Positions 50,335 through 63,248 are shown, counted from the first letter of the whole stretch. The stretch: 63,676 nucleotides of DNA, filler included, from Octopus bimaculoides (GCF_001194135.2; 7 parts of 6 records of this genome joined end to end with filler, not necessarily neighbours in it), one strand, 5' to 3'. Program-made: numbers and translations. Notes: generated by a model not told the origin, from the sequence alone.

Positions 50335-50375
50335 GTCAGTCAGTCAGTCAGTTAGTCTGTCTGTCTGTCTGTCTA

Positions 50376-50580
50376 CGAGGAGTGCTGAAAAGTTCCTGGC
50401 TTTAGGTAAAAGAAAATACAGGAGGAACAGTTAATTATGATTTTATTCAGCATATTCCCCTCTCAGATTCACACACTTATTGTAGCGGGCCTTCAGTTTT
50501 ACTAAAAGAACTCGGAAGGTTGGGCCTCCAACTATGCCTTTCGCGATAGCTATAAAGCTAGGAACCTTTCAGCACTCATC

Positions 50581-50581
<1 letters not shown>
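50376..50581. mobile_element. Mariner-derived MITE, same family as 1045-1260
   Basis: TIR cgaggagtgctgaaaagttcctggcttt ... aaagctaggaacctttcagcactcatcg. Confidence 0.85.
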
Positions 50582-50623
<42 letters not shown>

Positions 50624-51380
50624 CCTACCTACCTACCTACCTATCTATCTATCTATCTATCTGTCTGTCTGTATGTCTGTCTGTCTGTCCGTCCGTCCAT
50701 CTGTCTATCTATAAGCATATATAAGTAAATCGATAGACAATAATGTGTAGGAATTATTATGATGAGTATAAGTGAAAATAATCACGAAGTTTGGTTCTTT
50801 AGTACAATGCAAAAGAAATTTGACATTTATGAAGCAGCGATTATAATTTAGTTATAAAAATAAAATTGTTACATATAGCTATTTTATAAAAGGTAATAAA
50901 TTTTATTGCATATTTTTTACAAGTATTGCGTTTGATAACGTCTTGGGCAGAAATTGATAATAGTTTAGCTAACACATAGCGTTATCTGAATATTACATTA
51001 AAAATATGTATGCATGCATGTATGTATGTGTGTGTGTATGTATGTATGTATGTATGTATGTATGTATGTATGTATGTATGTCTGCATGCTTGTATGTATT
51101 ATGTATGAAAGTTTGTATGCCTGTATGTATATGCATGTATATATGTATATACATACATGTGTGTGCATATATATATATCCACACACACACACACATACAT
51201 ATATATTTGTATATGTAAATGTATAAGTATGTATGTGTGTGCGTATGTATGTGTAAATTGCTTTAGAAAACTAGTAACACGATACAAATTTGAAATAAAA
51301 GAGTGAAAACGGTAGTTTTCTCACACATTCTGTTTTAAAATCCAGGATAGGGGACAGAGGCACAATATTACAGTTACAAG

Positions 51381-51786
51381 GATACCAGCTAAATATGACG
51401 ATTGAATGATGAAACAATACTATACAAAATCAACTGGAAACTGCTGGAACTCATTGGACCATATGTGGTTGGAAGTAGGCTTTGCAAGCTGTGCTTGATG
51501 TAGAGGAGAATCATTCTAAAAATCCATAGAATCAGGCGGCTTTCTTGGAATATTTGGATACTAACCTTATGAGCAGAAATTCGATTTGGCAATGTGATCG
51601 TGCTCAGTTTTGGACTAGTGAACTACGTACATTTATATAGGTTCTCCACCCACACTCTACGTGAAATGTAAAATAAATATGAGATGATTTGGGCCATGCA
51701 GAAACTGGAAGATCTACTTAACGATATTGCAGGCTCTTCTCCTTACGAGGACTAAAGCTCTCGTAATGTTTGAAATCTTTTAGCAG
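51381..51786 (+). mobile_element. Penelope-like 3' remnant (post-GIY-YIG Cys-rich C-terminus) plus pseudo-LTR copy 2
   Basis: LNDETILYKINWKLLELIGPYVVGSRLCKLCLM*RRIIL resembles the PLE C-terminal IxWKIL...PY...CxLCLxEK motif. Confidence 0.7.
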
Positions 51787-52148
51787 TTATACGTACATCC
51801 ATGCCATTTTTTGTTTTGCTATATCAAGTGTAATAAAAATAACTTTGATACAGTTTCAATTAAAATTTAGATACTCCTTGAAGTATGTATTGTAGAGGTG
51901 AGTTCTGTGTTCCGTTTGGTCGTATGTACACAAGCGACAGCCTTTATTTGAATGTCTTAACCTATATTAACTCACTTTCCTCGTTTGAGGACAGTTGTAT
52001 TTGGTTTATTTACTGCAATAAAGGTTAACTGCACACAAAATACGACAATTTAACATTGCTTGTTTTCACATTTTAGAGATCAGTGAATTTTCGTCACTGG
52101 AAAAAGTATATATGTATTTGCATTGGGACGCCTTCGCATCGAAGATCG

Positions 52149-52207
52149 GTGATTATCGTACGCTGACGAAGGGTAAATACCCAGAAACTCGAGTCCGTGC
52201 GTATCAC
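52149..52207 (+). ncRNA. Minimal type I hammerhead ribozyme, predicted cleavage after GUC at 52195
   Basis: Stem I CGTACG(52157-62)/CGTGCG(52196-201), extended by GTGAT/ATCAC; core CTGACGA (52163-69); stem II GGGT-aaat-ACCC; GAAA (52184-87); palindromic stem III ACTCGAGT; GTC triplet. Confidence 0.8.
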
Positions 52208-52366
52208 GTCAGATCAAGATGGGAAGGATGACTTCCCTTTGCAAATACCGACAGGGCACAGATGTGTGTCAATAGCCAGCTGGAGGCGATGTTCTCCTGG
52301 GGCTAAAAGCAACAGTAACATTCACCCTTAGGATCTAGCCGCATTTAAGTGGCAAATATACTTCAC

Positions 52367-52413
<47 letters not shown>

Positions 52414-52905
52414 AACGTGTATTAAATAAACATACGAACATATACTAAATACACCGAAGGTCACCAACTCCTCTTCAGTTATCGGCCAGAGGGTCAAGCA
52501 CAATTTCGGCCATTATCGATAATATTGCTTCCACTCAGGAGGCACCGGCAAAAAACTTGCCGGGAATGGGACCAAAACATAACAAAACGAGACGGTCTCG
52601 AGACGAGACTGTTAGTGGACGGACGAAGGACAAAACAATAAACAGAATAAAGGCTCAGATCCACAGGAAGACAACAATTAAAATGATAATAATACATATA
52701 CAGCAAAAAAGCTTTAGGGCTGCAAGACAAGACAAAGATAGGTAACGCGAAGGTAAAATGAAAAACTGTCCTAAAGGACTATAGACACGAGAAGGGTTGA
52801 GCGAGGAGAACAGAAAATCGAGACCAGCCCTGTCGAAGGCAATGCGAAAAAGAATGACACCGTCTTAGGCTGTCACGGATCACATGATGGTGGGAGGAGG
52901 GTAAC

Positions 52906-52950
<45 letters not shown>

Positions 52951-52964
52951 CACAGAGAGAGACA

Positions 52965-52997
<33 letters not shown>

Positions 52998-54119
52998 GAT
53001 ATAAGAGAAGTAAAGGAAAGAGAGAGAGTGGCACAAAAATATTCCAAGAATATTTCTACAAATAGGTAAAAAAATTAATGAGTGCATGCGTTACATAAAT
53101 AATATTTTCAGGATTATATGTATGCATGTATGTTTTTACGTGTGTTTGAGAATTTGGGTGAGATAAACATGTATGTCCTACTGATTGTTTTAGAAGAATT
53201 TTCTATATTACATGAATGTTCGCATAATGACGCTGGAAATGTTAAAAAAATAACAGAACCCAACATAAAGGATCTCTTGTTCCTGGGAATTTAAAAATTT
53301 CATGTATAAAATATGAAATCTGTTAGCGAACCGAATATAAGAATTTCAGAAGCTTAAAACTGAAATTTGCCACAGCTAAAAGCTACAAGTTAAGTGGTGC
53401 AGATCGTTAAATATCGTCTGTCAATAAAGAAAACATTGGTGCTAAAACAGCGTTTCATCTCCCGACACGAACCAGTCTCTGAATACATACAAACAAACAT
53501 ACATGCATACATACACACATCCATCCATCCATCCATCTATCCATCCATCCATCCATCCATCCATCCATCCATCCATACAAACGTATGTATGCGTGTACAT
53601 ATGTGAATATGATCCCTCGCCCTCTCTCTATATATACATGTACATAAGTTTATATATATGTCTTGTATTTGTAATTATGTACCATTTCTCCATTTTTTTC
53701 GCCCTTGTTTTCGTATACATTCGCTTGCTTTCTCCAAAAGAGTCTAGTGCTCTTAGCTTAGATTTTCTTGGGGCCGGCAAGACTGGAGCAGTCACAAATG
53801 TAACCGGCCGAAACTGCAAAGATGATCTAGAACTCGACTGAGGATAGGAAGCTCCGAATGACCCGTCCTTGTTTTTTCCTGTTCTTTTTTGTATCGTCTA
53901 ACTGTTTTGTTGTCGCCTTTTACGTTCTTGTTCCAGTTTTTGATTTCTTTTTATATATATATATATAGCTGTATATATACATTCCCAGACCGGACGTTGT
54001 ATGTGTTTATTGAGCGGAGGCTCCGGAAGGGGGTGGTGGCGATCCCTGTTGCACTCTTTCGCCCCAACTTTCTCTCATTCTTTTTTCCTGTTTCTTGAGT
54101 AAAGCTACGATGGAGTGGC

Positions 54120-54219
54120 NNNNNNNNNNNNNNNNNNNNNNNNNNNNNNNNNNNNNNNNNNNNTTAATTAATTAANNNNNNNNNNNNNNNNNNNNNNNNN
54201 NNNNNNNNNNNNNNNNNNN
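54120..54219. other. Artificial scaffold linker
   Basis: N44-TTAATTAATTAA-N44. Confidence 0.95.
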
Positions 54220-54420
54220 GTGCCCAGTAGTGCAATTTTCTGTATGTTATATATACTTGTAAGTCCTGGTGTTTTTGTTATGTATTTGTCTGAATATTTT
54301 TTTTATTATACCTAAGGCACCTACTACGATAGGAATTGTTTCTGTTTTTAGATTCCACATTCGAGTTACCTCTATTTCCAGGTCTTTGTATTTTGAAAGT
54401 TTCTCCATTTCTTTTGTTAT
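54220..54420 (-). mobile_element. R4/Dong-like LINE restriction-like endonuclease C-terminal fragment
   Basis: Minus strand KEMEKLSKYKDLEIEVTRMWNLKTETIPIVVGALGIIKK, the KxxKYxDL...PxxVGALG RLE signature. Confidence 0.85.
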
Positions 54421-54421
54421 G

Positions 54422-54486
<65 letters not shown>

Positions 54487-55784
54487 ATAATAAGAGACAG
54501 GAAGTGTGAGTTGGTGGGAGTCTGTGAGATAAGAGAGAAGGTGTGGATTGCTGGGAGTCTGTGAGATAGGAGGGAAGATGTGAGTTGAGTCTAGGCTGTG
54601 AGATAGATGAATGTATTAATTGGCAATGTCAAAAGATGCGCCTTTCTAAAAGTCTTAGAGAAGGTGCGTTTATGAATGGGTATTCGTATTTCTAAAACAC
54701 TTGGAAGTGTGTGTACGGACACAGTGGATCTGTGTGATGCTGCAGGATTTCTGCTGGGCTTTCAAATAGTGAGATATTTTTCCCATTCCTATATTCCAGA
54801 TTATCGGAATTCAGAAACATTTTTATGGAAGGTTGAAAACGCTGCCGCCAGCATTAAGCACTTCGTGTGTATGTTTGTAAGTTTATCATGCCCTTCCTGC
54901 ATCACCAGGGGCTTTTCATTTCCTGGATCTCTTTATTCTGTTTCTTATGTCTCATAGAAGGAAGCGGTTTGAACTTTCGGTCCAGAAGGAAAGTCTGTAT
55001 TTGATCTTTCCTCCTCTCTCTCTTCAGCTGGTATTAGCGGCTGATTTTTCCCAAAAGCTTCCATTAATGAAATTGTTGGAGTGTGGATAAACTATTTGAA
55101 GTTACTGTGACAAGAAAGATGACGAATGTTAAATTCGCTGAAGGTGGTCATTCATTTGTATAATTTACTTCCTGTTTTGTAGATAGAAACGTTTGTCAGT
55201 TTTCTAAATTGTTTTATTTTGTCTGATTTCCTGAGTTTTATTTCTCTTGTGTGATATATCTTTTAATCAGATTGATTATTTAAGTTGTGTATTTCTGATG
55301 TCGCTTTATGGAATATGTGCTTCTCTTGGTTGCAAGATGCGCCAACAACTAATTTACTAAATTTATTTACTGAAGTGTCTTTGTTGTGGTCTGCTGAAAT
55401 TTAATTTTGTTACTTGTGTTGGTAGTGGATGCTTTTGAAGTTTGCGGAAGTGTTTTGCTTTGTTTATTGTGAGTGTATGTTGTGATGATGATAAATTTGT
55501 GGTCTGAAGATAGTTTCAGGACTATTTGTCATGTGGAGTTAGTGGTTAGGTGGAGTTAGTGGTTAAGTGGAGTTAGTGGTTGGGTAATGTAATAGCTCGT
55601 TGTCTTTGACTTGGGTGAGGTATATAGGCGTGTTGACGTGGCTTGCATAGGATAAAAAGGCACTTCGTCTTATATTACCTGAATTGCTTTTTACTCGGGA
55701 AAGTAAGAAAGTCTGTTACGTTTCGAGCCTATGCTCTTCAACACTTCAACAGAAAGGAACACGAGGAAATAAACAGAGTGAGAA

Positions 55785-55828
<44 letters not shown>

Positions 55829-56157
55829 TTATGTATCTCGATCATAGCTATAGTAAAACATCACTGAAGAAAGTACTCGATGCGTTTCATCTGCAGAGTC
55901 GACATATTTTTCAATAACCAAATGGTGCTTTGCGTCTGCGCAATTATTCTAAGACATTCTTGTTTCTTCAAAGGCTGTGTCTGATCTTTGAACAAATACA
56001 AGAATATACGTAGTTTTAATGCACCAAATGTTAAATAAAAATATGCACACACACATAAACGTACATAATATACGTACGAATATACGTACACACACACACA
56101 CACGTACACACACACACAGACATATAGGTGTATTCACGTTTGCATAAAACACACATG

Positions 56158-56188
<31 letters not shown>

Positions 56189-56644
56189 GCCAACATTCAA
56201 TCCATCCGACAAATCCAAACATCAAACAATAACATGTATTTGCTCTTTGTATTGTTTCTTCGACTCTTTGCTCCAATATTCTCTCACGTGTCTCACAAAC
56301 CATTGAGGTTTTATTTATTTTCATCTCTTTCTTTTTATTAATTCGTTGTTTGTTTTCTAGATTTGCTTTCTAAAAGAATATATTTTTTTAAATACTTTGT
56401 TTTGCGTAATTTTATTTCGCTTCAAATATTTTGATATAAGTTTGGTGAGTTACTGGCTACACAAATGATGATGATGATGATGATGATGATAATAATAATA
56501 ATAATAATACTTAATTTATCGATGCCACAAAGATGAAAGCAAAGTCGGCCTCGGCGGAATTAGAACTCAGAATGTTGCAATAGACGAAATACCGCTAAGC
56601 ATTTCGCCCGGCGTGCTAACGCTTCTGCCAGCTCACCATTAGAT

Positions 56645-57220
56645 CTCATGGTTTCTGATCTTAATTGATTGGACGTGTTATCATGTACATTGTTTTGCCT
56701 TTGTATCAAAGATGGGCTACAGCAAATACTCTGCTCAATACCACAGATTTGCTTGTCAGTTGTTTGTCTTTAACCAGTTGAGCATGTCCCTTGGTGGCCG
56801 AAATATGTGCATCTCAGATCATGAACTGAAGCAGTGGGGGAGTATCATGTGTTGAGAGGAATTCTGTCGGGTTTGAATAAATCACCTCAGGGAACATGGG
56901 TGTTTTGTTCAACATCCTCAAACAACCCTTATTCAGAGACCTTTTGAGCGGGATGGGCTATCGACCCTGAATTAAATTCTAACTGGGCCCCACCTACAAG
57001 ATCAAGCACTGTTTATCTTGATATGAGATCACCACATCACACATATGGTTGTGATGCATGAGCCTGGTGTACCCTTATCAGACGGGTAGTCAGGATCGGT
57101 ATATTGGGCTTCGCATGATTGTACCCCAGTGTCACTTTGATGGCGTGCGCTGCTCTCTCACTCAGTAATAATAATAACAATAATAATAACAACAACCACA
57201 ACAACAACAACAACAATAAT
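56645..57220 (+). mobile_element. Abundant retroposon 3' segment ending in a (TAA)n/(CAA)n tail (likely LINE 3' UTR)
   Basis: Non-coding, moderately GC-rich ~550 bp block ending ctctctcactcagtaataataataac; family assignment is inference. Confidence 0.55.
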
Positions 57221-58057
57221 CCTTTCTGCTATAGGCACAAGGCCTGAAACTTGGATGAAGAGGCTAATCGATTAAATCGATCGATCCTGGCTCATGAATG
57301 ATACTTTATTTTATCGATCCCGTAAGATGAAAAGTAAAGTCAACCTTAGCAGGATTTGAACGTTAGTCACCGGAAGAAATACTACTAAGCATTTTGTCCG
57401 ATGCACTGAAGATTGTGTCACCTAGCTACCATATGTAACTGTTTGTGATTTAGGTACTGGGCCAGTAATTTCGTGGGAAGAAGTGATGATCGATTGACCT
57501 GACTCCATTACTATAATGGGGTTATTTTTTATTGGCCCCAGAGGGGTGCAAAGCCAGGCTTACCATGACGGTATTTGAACCCAGAATATAAAGAACCGAA
57601 GTAAACACCACAAAGCATTTCGTCCGAGGCTCTAACCCTCCAGAGTAAAAGAAAGAATTACATGGCCAATTCATGCTGAACAATGAAATCTCCAATTGTG
57701 GCTAAGAAATGGGGAATTGAAAGCTGAAGCACGCACNNNNNNNNNNNNNNNNNNNNNNNNNNNNNNNNNNNNNNNNNNNNNNNNNNNNNNNNNNNNNNNN
57801 NNNNNNNNNNNNNNNNNNNNNNNNNNNNNNNNNNNNNNNNNNNNNNNNNNNNNNNNNNNNNNNNNNNNNNNNNNNNNNNNNNNNNNNNNNNNNNNNNNNN
57901 NNNNNNNNNNNNNNNNNNNNNNNNNNNNNNNNNNNNNNNNNNNNNNNNNNNNNNNNNNNNNNNNNNNNNNNNNNNNNNNNNNNNNNNNNNNNNNNNNNNN
58001 NNNNNNNNNNNNNNNNNNNNNNNNNNNNNNNNNNNNNNNNNNTTTTATATCCAAATA

Positions 58058-58105
<48 letters not shown>

Positions 58106-58482
58106 GTGTGTGTGTGTGCATTGATTTATGCATATAGAATAATATTTATTTCTACTGTTAAGGCAGTGAGCTGGCAGAATCGATAGCACGACGGCAAAAT
58201 GATTATCGGTGGTATTTCTCCCTTCTTTACGTTCTGAGATCAAATTCTGCCGCGGTCAACTTTGCCTTTCGTCCTTCAGAGTCGATAAAATAAGTACCAG
58301 TTAGAGCATCGGGTTCGATGGAACCTGTTCCCTCGAAATTGCTACCATCGACAGGTTGTATTTTTCATCGGTTTATGAGTTTGTTTGACCAGCATGAGTG
58401 ATAAGAGACTGCAATTAAGGGATATATAAAGGGTCTGCATTTTGGTAAACTCTGCTGATCCGCACAGTTTTATATCCAAATA

Positions 58483-58530
<48 letters not shown>

Positions 58531-58567
58531 GTGTGTGTGTGTGCATTGATTTATGCATATAGAATAA

Positions 58568-58667
58568 NNNNNNNNNNNNNNNNNNNNNNNNNNNNNNNNN
58601 NNNNNNNNNNNTTAATTAATTAANNNNNNNNNNNNNNNNNNNNNNNNNNNNNNNNNNNNNNNNNNNN
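58568..58667. other. Artificial scaffold linker
   Basis: N44-TTAATTAATTAA-N44. Confidence 0.95.
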
Positions 58668-58714
<47 letters not shown>

Positions 58715-58719
<5 letters not shown>

Positions 58720-59040
58720 GAAGGACTTCTTTCAGTTTCTGTCAACCAAATCCAATCACAAGGCCTTGGTCAGCTCGAAGCTATAGTAGAAGACACTTGC
58801 CCAAGGTGCTACGCAGTGAGATTGAACCCGTCTGTGTTTGTCCCATCCCCCATCGTCACTTGACAACCGATGCTGGTGTGTTTACGTCCCTGTAACATTA
58901 GCGGTTCGGCAAAAGAGACCGATGGAATAAGTACTAGGCTTCCAAAAGATAAGTCCTGGGGTCGATTTGTTCGACTAAAACGGTACTCCAGCATGACCGC
59001 AGTCAAATGACTGAAAGAAGTAAAAGAGTAAAAGAGTAAA
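58715..59040. mobile_element. SINE family D with its 5' half inverted relative to its 3' half
   Basis: 58715-58830 is the head/core on the minus strand; 58831-59040 is the 3' half and (aaaagagt)n tail on the plus strand. Confidence 0.75.
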
Positions 59041-60060
59041 AACATTATGTGAATATCTTTGATTCAGTAAATATGCCCTTAACATTTTTCAATGCTAGGA
59101 TCCTATTAGGCCTGCTACTGATCAGATGGCGAATATTCTCTTGAGGAATGTCTTGCCAAGTTTCAAGCCGTAATCTCAAAAGATCTGGTTTTGAATATGC
59201 TTTGTTGTTCTTTTTATGAAGTGTTCTGTTCATTATGACCCAGAGGTGTCCAATAGGGTTCATATTTGGTGACTGGCTTGGCCATGGAAACTTTTTAATG
59301 CCATTCTCTTCCAACAAATCTTCGGTCGTTTTAGCCGTGTGACAAGGAGCCCCATCTTCCATAAATAAGGTGTCTTCTTTAATTATTTCATCACTAGAGA
59401 AGATTGGAAGGAATTCTTTCTACAATATGGATGCGTATTTATCTGAGTTTCCCTCAAACTCCACTAGTTCTGATCGAACTTTACTCCAAATTGCTCCCGA
59501 GACCATCACAGAATAGCCGCCGTGTTTCATTGTTGGCTTCAATCTTTTCCCGTCGAATTCTTGATCATGGAGTCTCCAAACCCATACTCGACCACTGTCA
59601 GAAAATACAGCAAATGTGGACTCATCAGAGAATATGCTTGTGGCCTCTCCACCTTCTCACTGGCCCAATCTTTTCTCCGCTTGATATTGACTGGTCGAAG
59701 AAGTGGCTTCCTTCTTGCTGTTCTGCCATAGTAGCCAAGTTTGTGGAGATACCTGATAGCTGTTCTGGGACTGACATCATCTTGTTCTGCTATGTCTGAG
59801 GCCTTGCAGCGAGGATTATCCACCACATTTCACTTAACAAAGCGAAAGGTCCTGTCAGAGTGGCCTGGTCGACCTGGACGAGGTAATGTAGACTTCTTGC
59901 CCTCCTTGGTGAATTGCACAATCACTCAATTAACTGTAGAAACTGGAATTTCAAGGCTTCTGCGATTTTACTCTGACTAGGTTCACCTTCAGACTGACTT
60001 ACAATACGGCCTTTTTGAAATTCGAACATTTCCAAGCCTTCTTTTGTGTGTGGATGATTA
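59041..60060 (-). mobile_element. Tc1 transposase remnant
   Basis: GYYGRTARRKPLLRPVNIKRRKDWA; MEDGAPCHTAK...WPSQSPNMNPIGHLW. Confidence 0.92.
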
Positions 60061-61140
60061 AACAGTCACATATAGAACTTGAAATACAAATATGTCCATT
60101 AATAAAAAAATATATATACCTTTTCAAGTTAAAATAAGTATAAAACGATGTTTTATGGGGTGTCTATTTATTTCTGTTGTGTCTATTTATTTCTGTAGTG
60201 TCTGTGTACATACATACATACATACATACATACATACACATGCACACATTCAAATGCTGTTGTCTGTAAGCGAAACAGGGAGTATTTAATACGTGGTTAG
60301 AGTACTTTGGATTATCATTTTTCATTTTCTTTTTCTTTTCGCTTTAGTATTTAAGCGAGTTTATATACGTTAAATCAGATTTGTGGTACGGTGTGTATTT
60401 ATCGATTTTATAAGCTAATTTCTAAATATTATTTGTAAGGCTGATGTACTTTATTCATTTGGCGTGTAGTGGCTTTCATTGGCCAATTCATCGGTTGTTT
60501 TATTTCTGTTGGTCGACTTCGTTTTCATGTCCGGTTTCTTTAAGATTTGTAATTCGCTTTCATTGGCTCTTTCGTTTCTTTCTCTTTTTAAATTATTGTC
60601 TTGTGACTTCTCATAAACAAATTTTTGTAATCTATTCGTTTATATTGTTATTCCATGTGGTTTCACTAAATTGTTATTATGTTGATGTCAGTGTTGACTC
60701 TGTGAGTGAGTTCTATCATTCCTGCAAGCCATAACACTGACTACTATTGTTCAGTTAATAATTTATTTTTATATTTCTCCCTTTTTTTTTCGACAGTTAT
60801 GTTGCAGTTGTACGCTTGCAAATTACTTCATATTTTTCGCAGTTTCAACTCAAAGGGCATAGATTCAATCTGATGAAATTGTATCTATTTTCAGCTTCAG
60901 GTTTTCTGTCTAATTGGTTGTTAGACAGCGTGCTTTTGGTTTCTGGCCCAACTGTAGATAACTATTGGGTTGTTTCTGTTGAATTGCTTGTGATATCTAT
61001 GGTCGGTTGAAAAACGTTAAGGTGATTAATGTTCGGACATTTTCATGATATATATTACTAACACTGTTCTTATTCAAAGTGGGTCATTGGAATGTTTGCT
61101 TATATAAAACGGATTCATTTACCGTCCTATTAGGATAAAT

Positions 61141-61385
61141 GGAGGCGCGTGGTGTAGTGGTTAGGTTGCTGGATTCCTGATCATAAGATTGTGGTTTCGA
61201 TTCCTGGACCGATGGGCGCCTTGTGCACTTGAGCAAAACACTTCATTCCATGTTGCTCCAGTTGAATCAGCTGGCAAGAATGAGTAATCCTGCAATGGAC
61301 CAGTGTTCCGCCCAGGAAGGGGTTGGGGAATACATCCGTTACGGAAACCGGCTTTATCACTCTATATGACTTGGGAAGGACCTTT
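61141..61385 (+). mobile_element. SINE with family C head and a further distinct tail
   Basis: ggaggcgcgtggtgtagtggttagg..gtggtttcgattcctggacc..cttgagcaaaacacttcatt. Confidence 0.75.
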
Positions 61386-61639
61386 ATCCAATTAGGATAG
61401 GTTTGGCTTTATGTCTAAAACACTTTCTACAATATGCACACGTTTTGTGCATGCTACAGCTGGATCCCATTTACATTAATTTGGGTTGTAAATGTTGTTA
61501 TGGAGTGGATTGTAAGCCTACTTCGAACAAGATAAGCCATGAGGTAACCACTTACATACTATAGCGATGAGTAAGGTACTTCAGTGATGCTAAAAACTTG
61601 AATACTCATCCGCCGAATCCCACCTGAAATCCATATATA

Positions 61640-62030
61640 TTTGTTTAGTCATTAGACTGCGGCCATGCTGGGGCACCACCTAGAAAAATATTAAGCGGAC
61701 GGATTGACCCCCAGTACTTATTTTTTATTATGCCTGGTACTTATTCAATCGGTCTGTGTTGCTGAACCTTTGAGCTACGGGGATATAAACACACCAACAC
61801 AGGTTGTCAAGCGGTGTCGGGAGGACAAATATAAACATAATGACACATACACAAACACACACACACACGCGCACACACACACACGCATACACATAAATAT
61901 ATACAACGGGCTTCTTTCAGTTTTCGTCTACCAATCCACCCACAAGCTTTTCATCGGCTTGACGTTATAGTAGAAGACACTTGTCCAAGATGCCACGCAG
62001 TGGAATTGAACCCCGAACTATGTAATTGTG
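61640..62030 (-). mobile_element. SINE family D
   Basis: Colinear with 7823-8238; further partial copies at 17510-17665, 39610-39750 and 63250-63440. Confidence 0.8.
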
Positions 62031-62059
62031 GAAACGCATATATACACATACTCGCGCGC

Positions 62060-62135
<76 letters not shown>

Positions 62136-62235
62136 NNNNNNNNNNNNNNNNNNNNNNNNNNNNNNNNNNNNNNNNNNNNTTAATTAATTAANNNNNNNNN
62201 NNNNNNNNNNNNNNNNNNNNNNNNNNNNNNNNNNN
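62136..62235. other. Artificial scaffold linker
   Basis: N44-TTAATTAATTAA-N44. Confidence 0.95.
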
Positions 62236-62966
62236 AAAAAAAAAAATATTGAAGAAAAGAACAATAATTGTTCTCGTATAACATAATTCATATATTATTG
62301 TTAATAATAAGGCGAGGATGTCAGAGACGACTGCATTTTAGCTGAATATTTTCCCCCCGTTTAATTAATGCGACACTTCGTTATTTAATAATATCCCCTT
62401 ATATGCGAAGTTCAAGCCTAGGGTTGATACAATAAATCACAGCAATCCGCCGGAGTTGTTTTAAATAGAAGATACATCTCAACAGCATTCATGATAGTGT
62501 ATGTCACATATACATTATTGCTTTTATTACATGATGGGTGGGGGTGCATACAGTAGCATACATAGTAAACTCTCATTACAGCAAATCTAAGGCAGTGGTT
62601 CAAATCAACGTTGCAGCCACTCAACTTTATTTATTTATTATTTTTCTTTTTTTTTTCTACTAATGCTGACGAAAGAATTATGGCTATCCTCAGTTCCTAG
62701 AATCTTCCTTCTTCACCAATTTAAAAAGCGTTAATAGTGCTAATAGTATGTACTTAGGAAGCGATGTACTCGTATTACGGACAGACCATCACTTGAGGCC
62801 GACGTCATCGATCACGTGACCTGTTACCTATCTTCCATTTCTATTTCTGTCCCTTCTTCTACCATACATACAATGAGGGTTACCAGCATCCGCTTAGAAA
62901 CCAGCGCGAAACGCGATATCGATTTAGTTACATAGTTATCTACAAACACACATTTACACATACACG

Positions 62967-63046
<80 letters not shown>

Positions 63047-63211
63047 TGAACACGCGCATTAATAAATATTTATATGTTCGTCGCTTGTATATATTATTCG
63101 AGGTTCCGAATGAATTATATATTTTGCCTATTGATCAACCCATCTCTTCTCTCTCCCCTTAACTTTCTCTCTCTCTCTCACTCTCTCTCTTTCCCTCTAT
63201 ATATATATATA

Positions 63212-63248
<37 letters not shown>

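Noticed and set aside
55710-55755. Hammerhead-like motif on the minus strand (GAGC-atag-GCTC-GAAACGT)
   Set aside because: The upstream core is GTGTTGA/CTGTTGA, not CUGANGA, and is disrupted by a short duplication; not credible as active.
58043-58567. Duplicated ~100-bp block (58043-58140 and 58451-58567) as a biological direct repeat
   Set aside because: Both copies abut gaps and are microsatellite-based; likely redundant contig ends.
62824-62900. MVEEGTEIEMEDR as the receptor's first coding exon
   Set aside because: Its donor is phase 2 in that frame; the phase-1 frame contains stops and no ATG.
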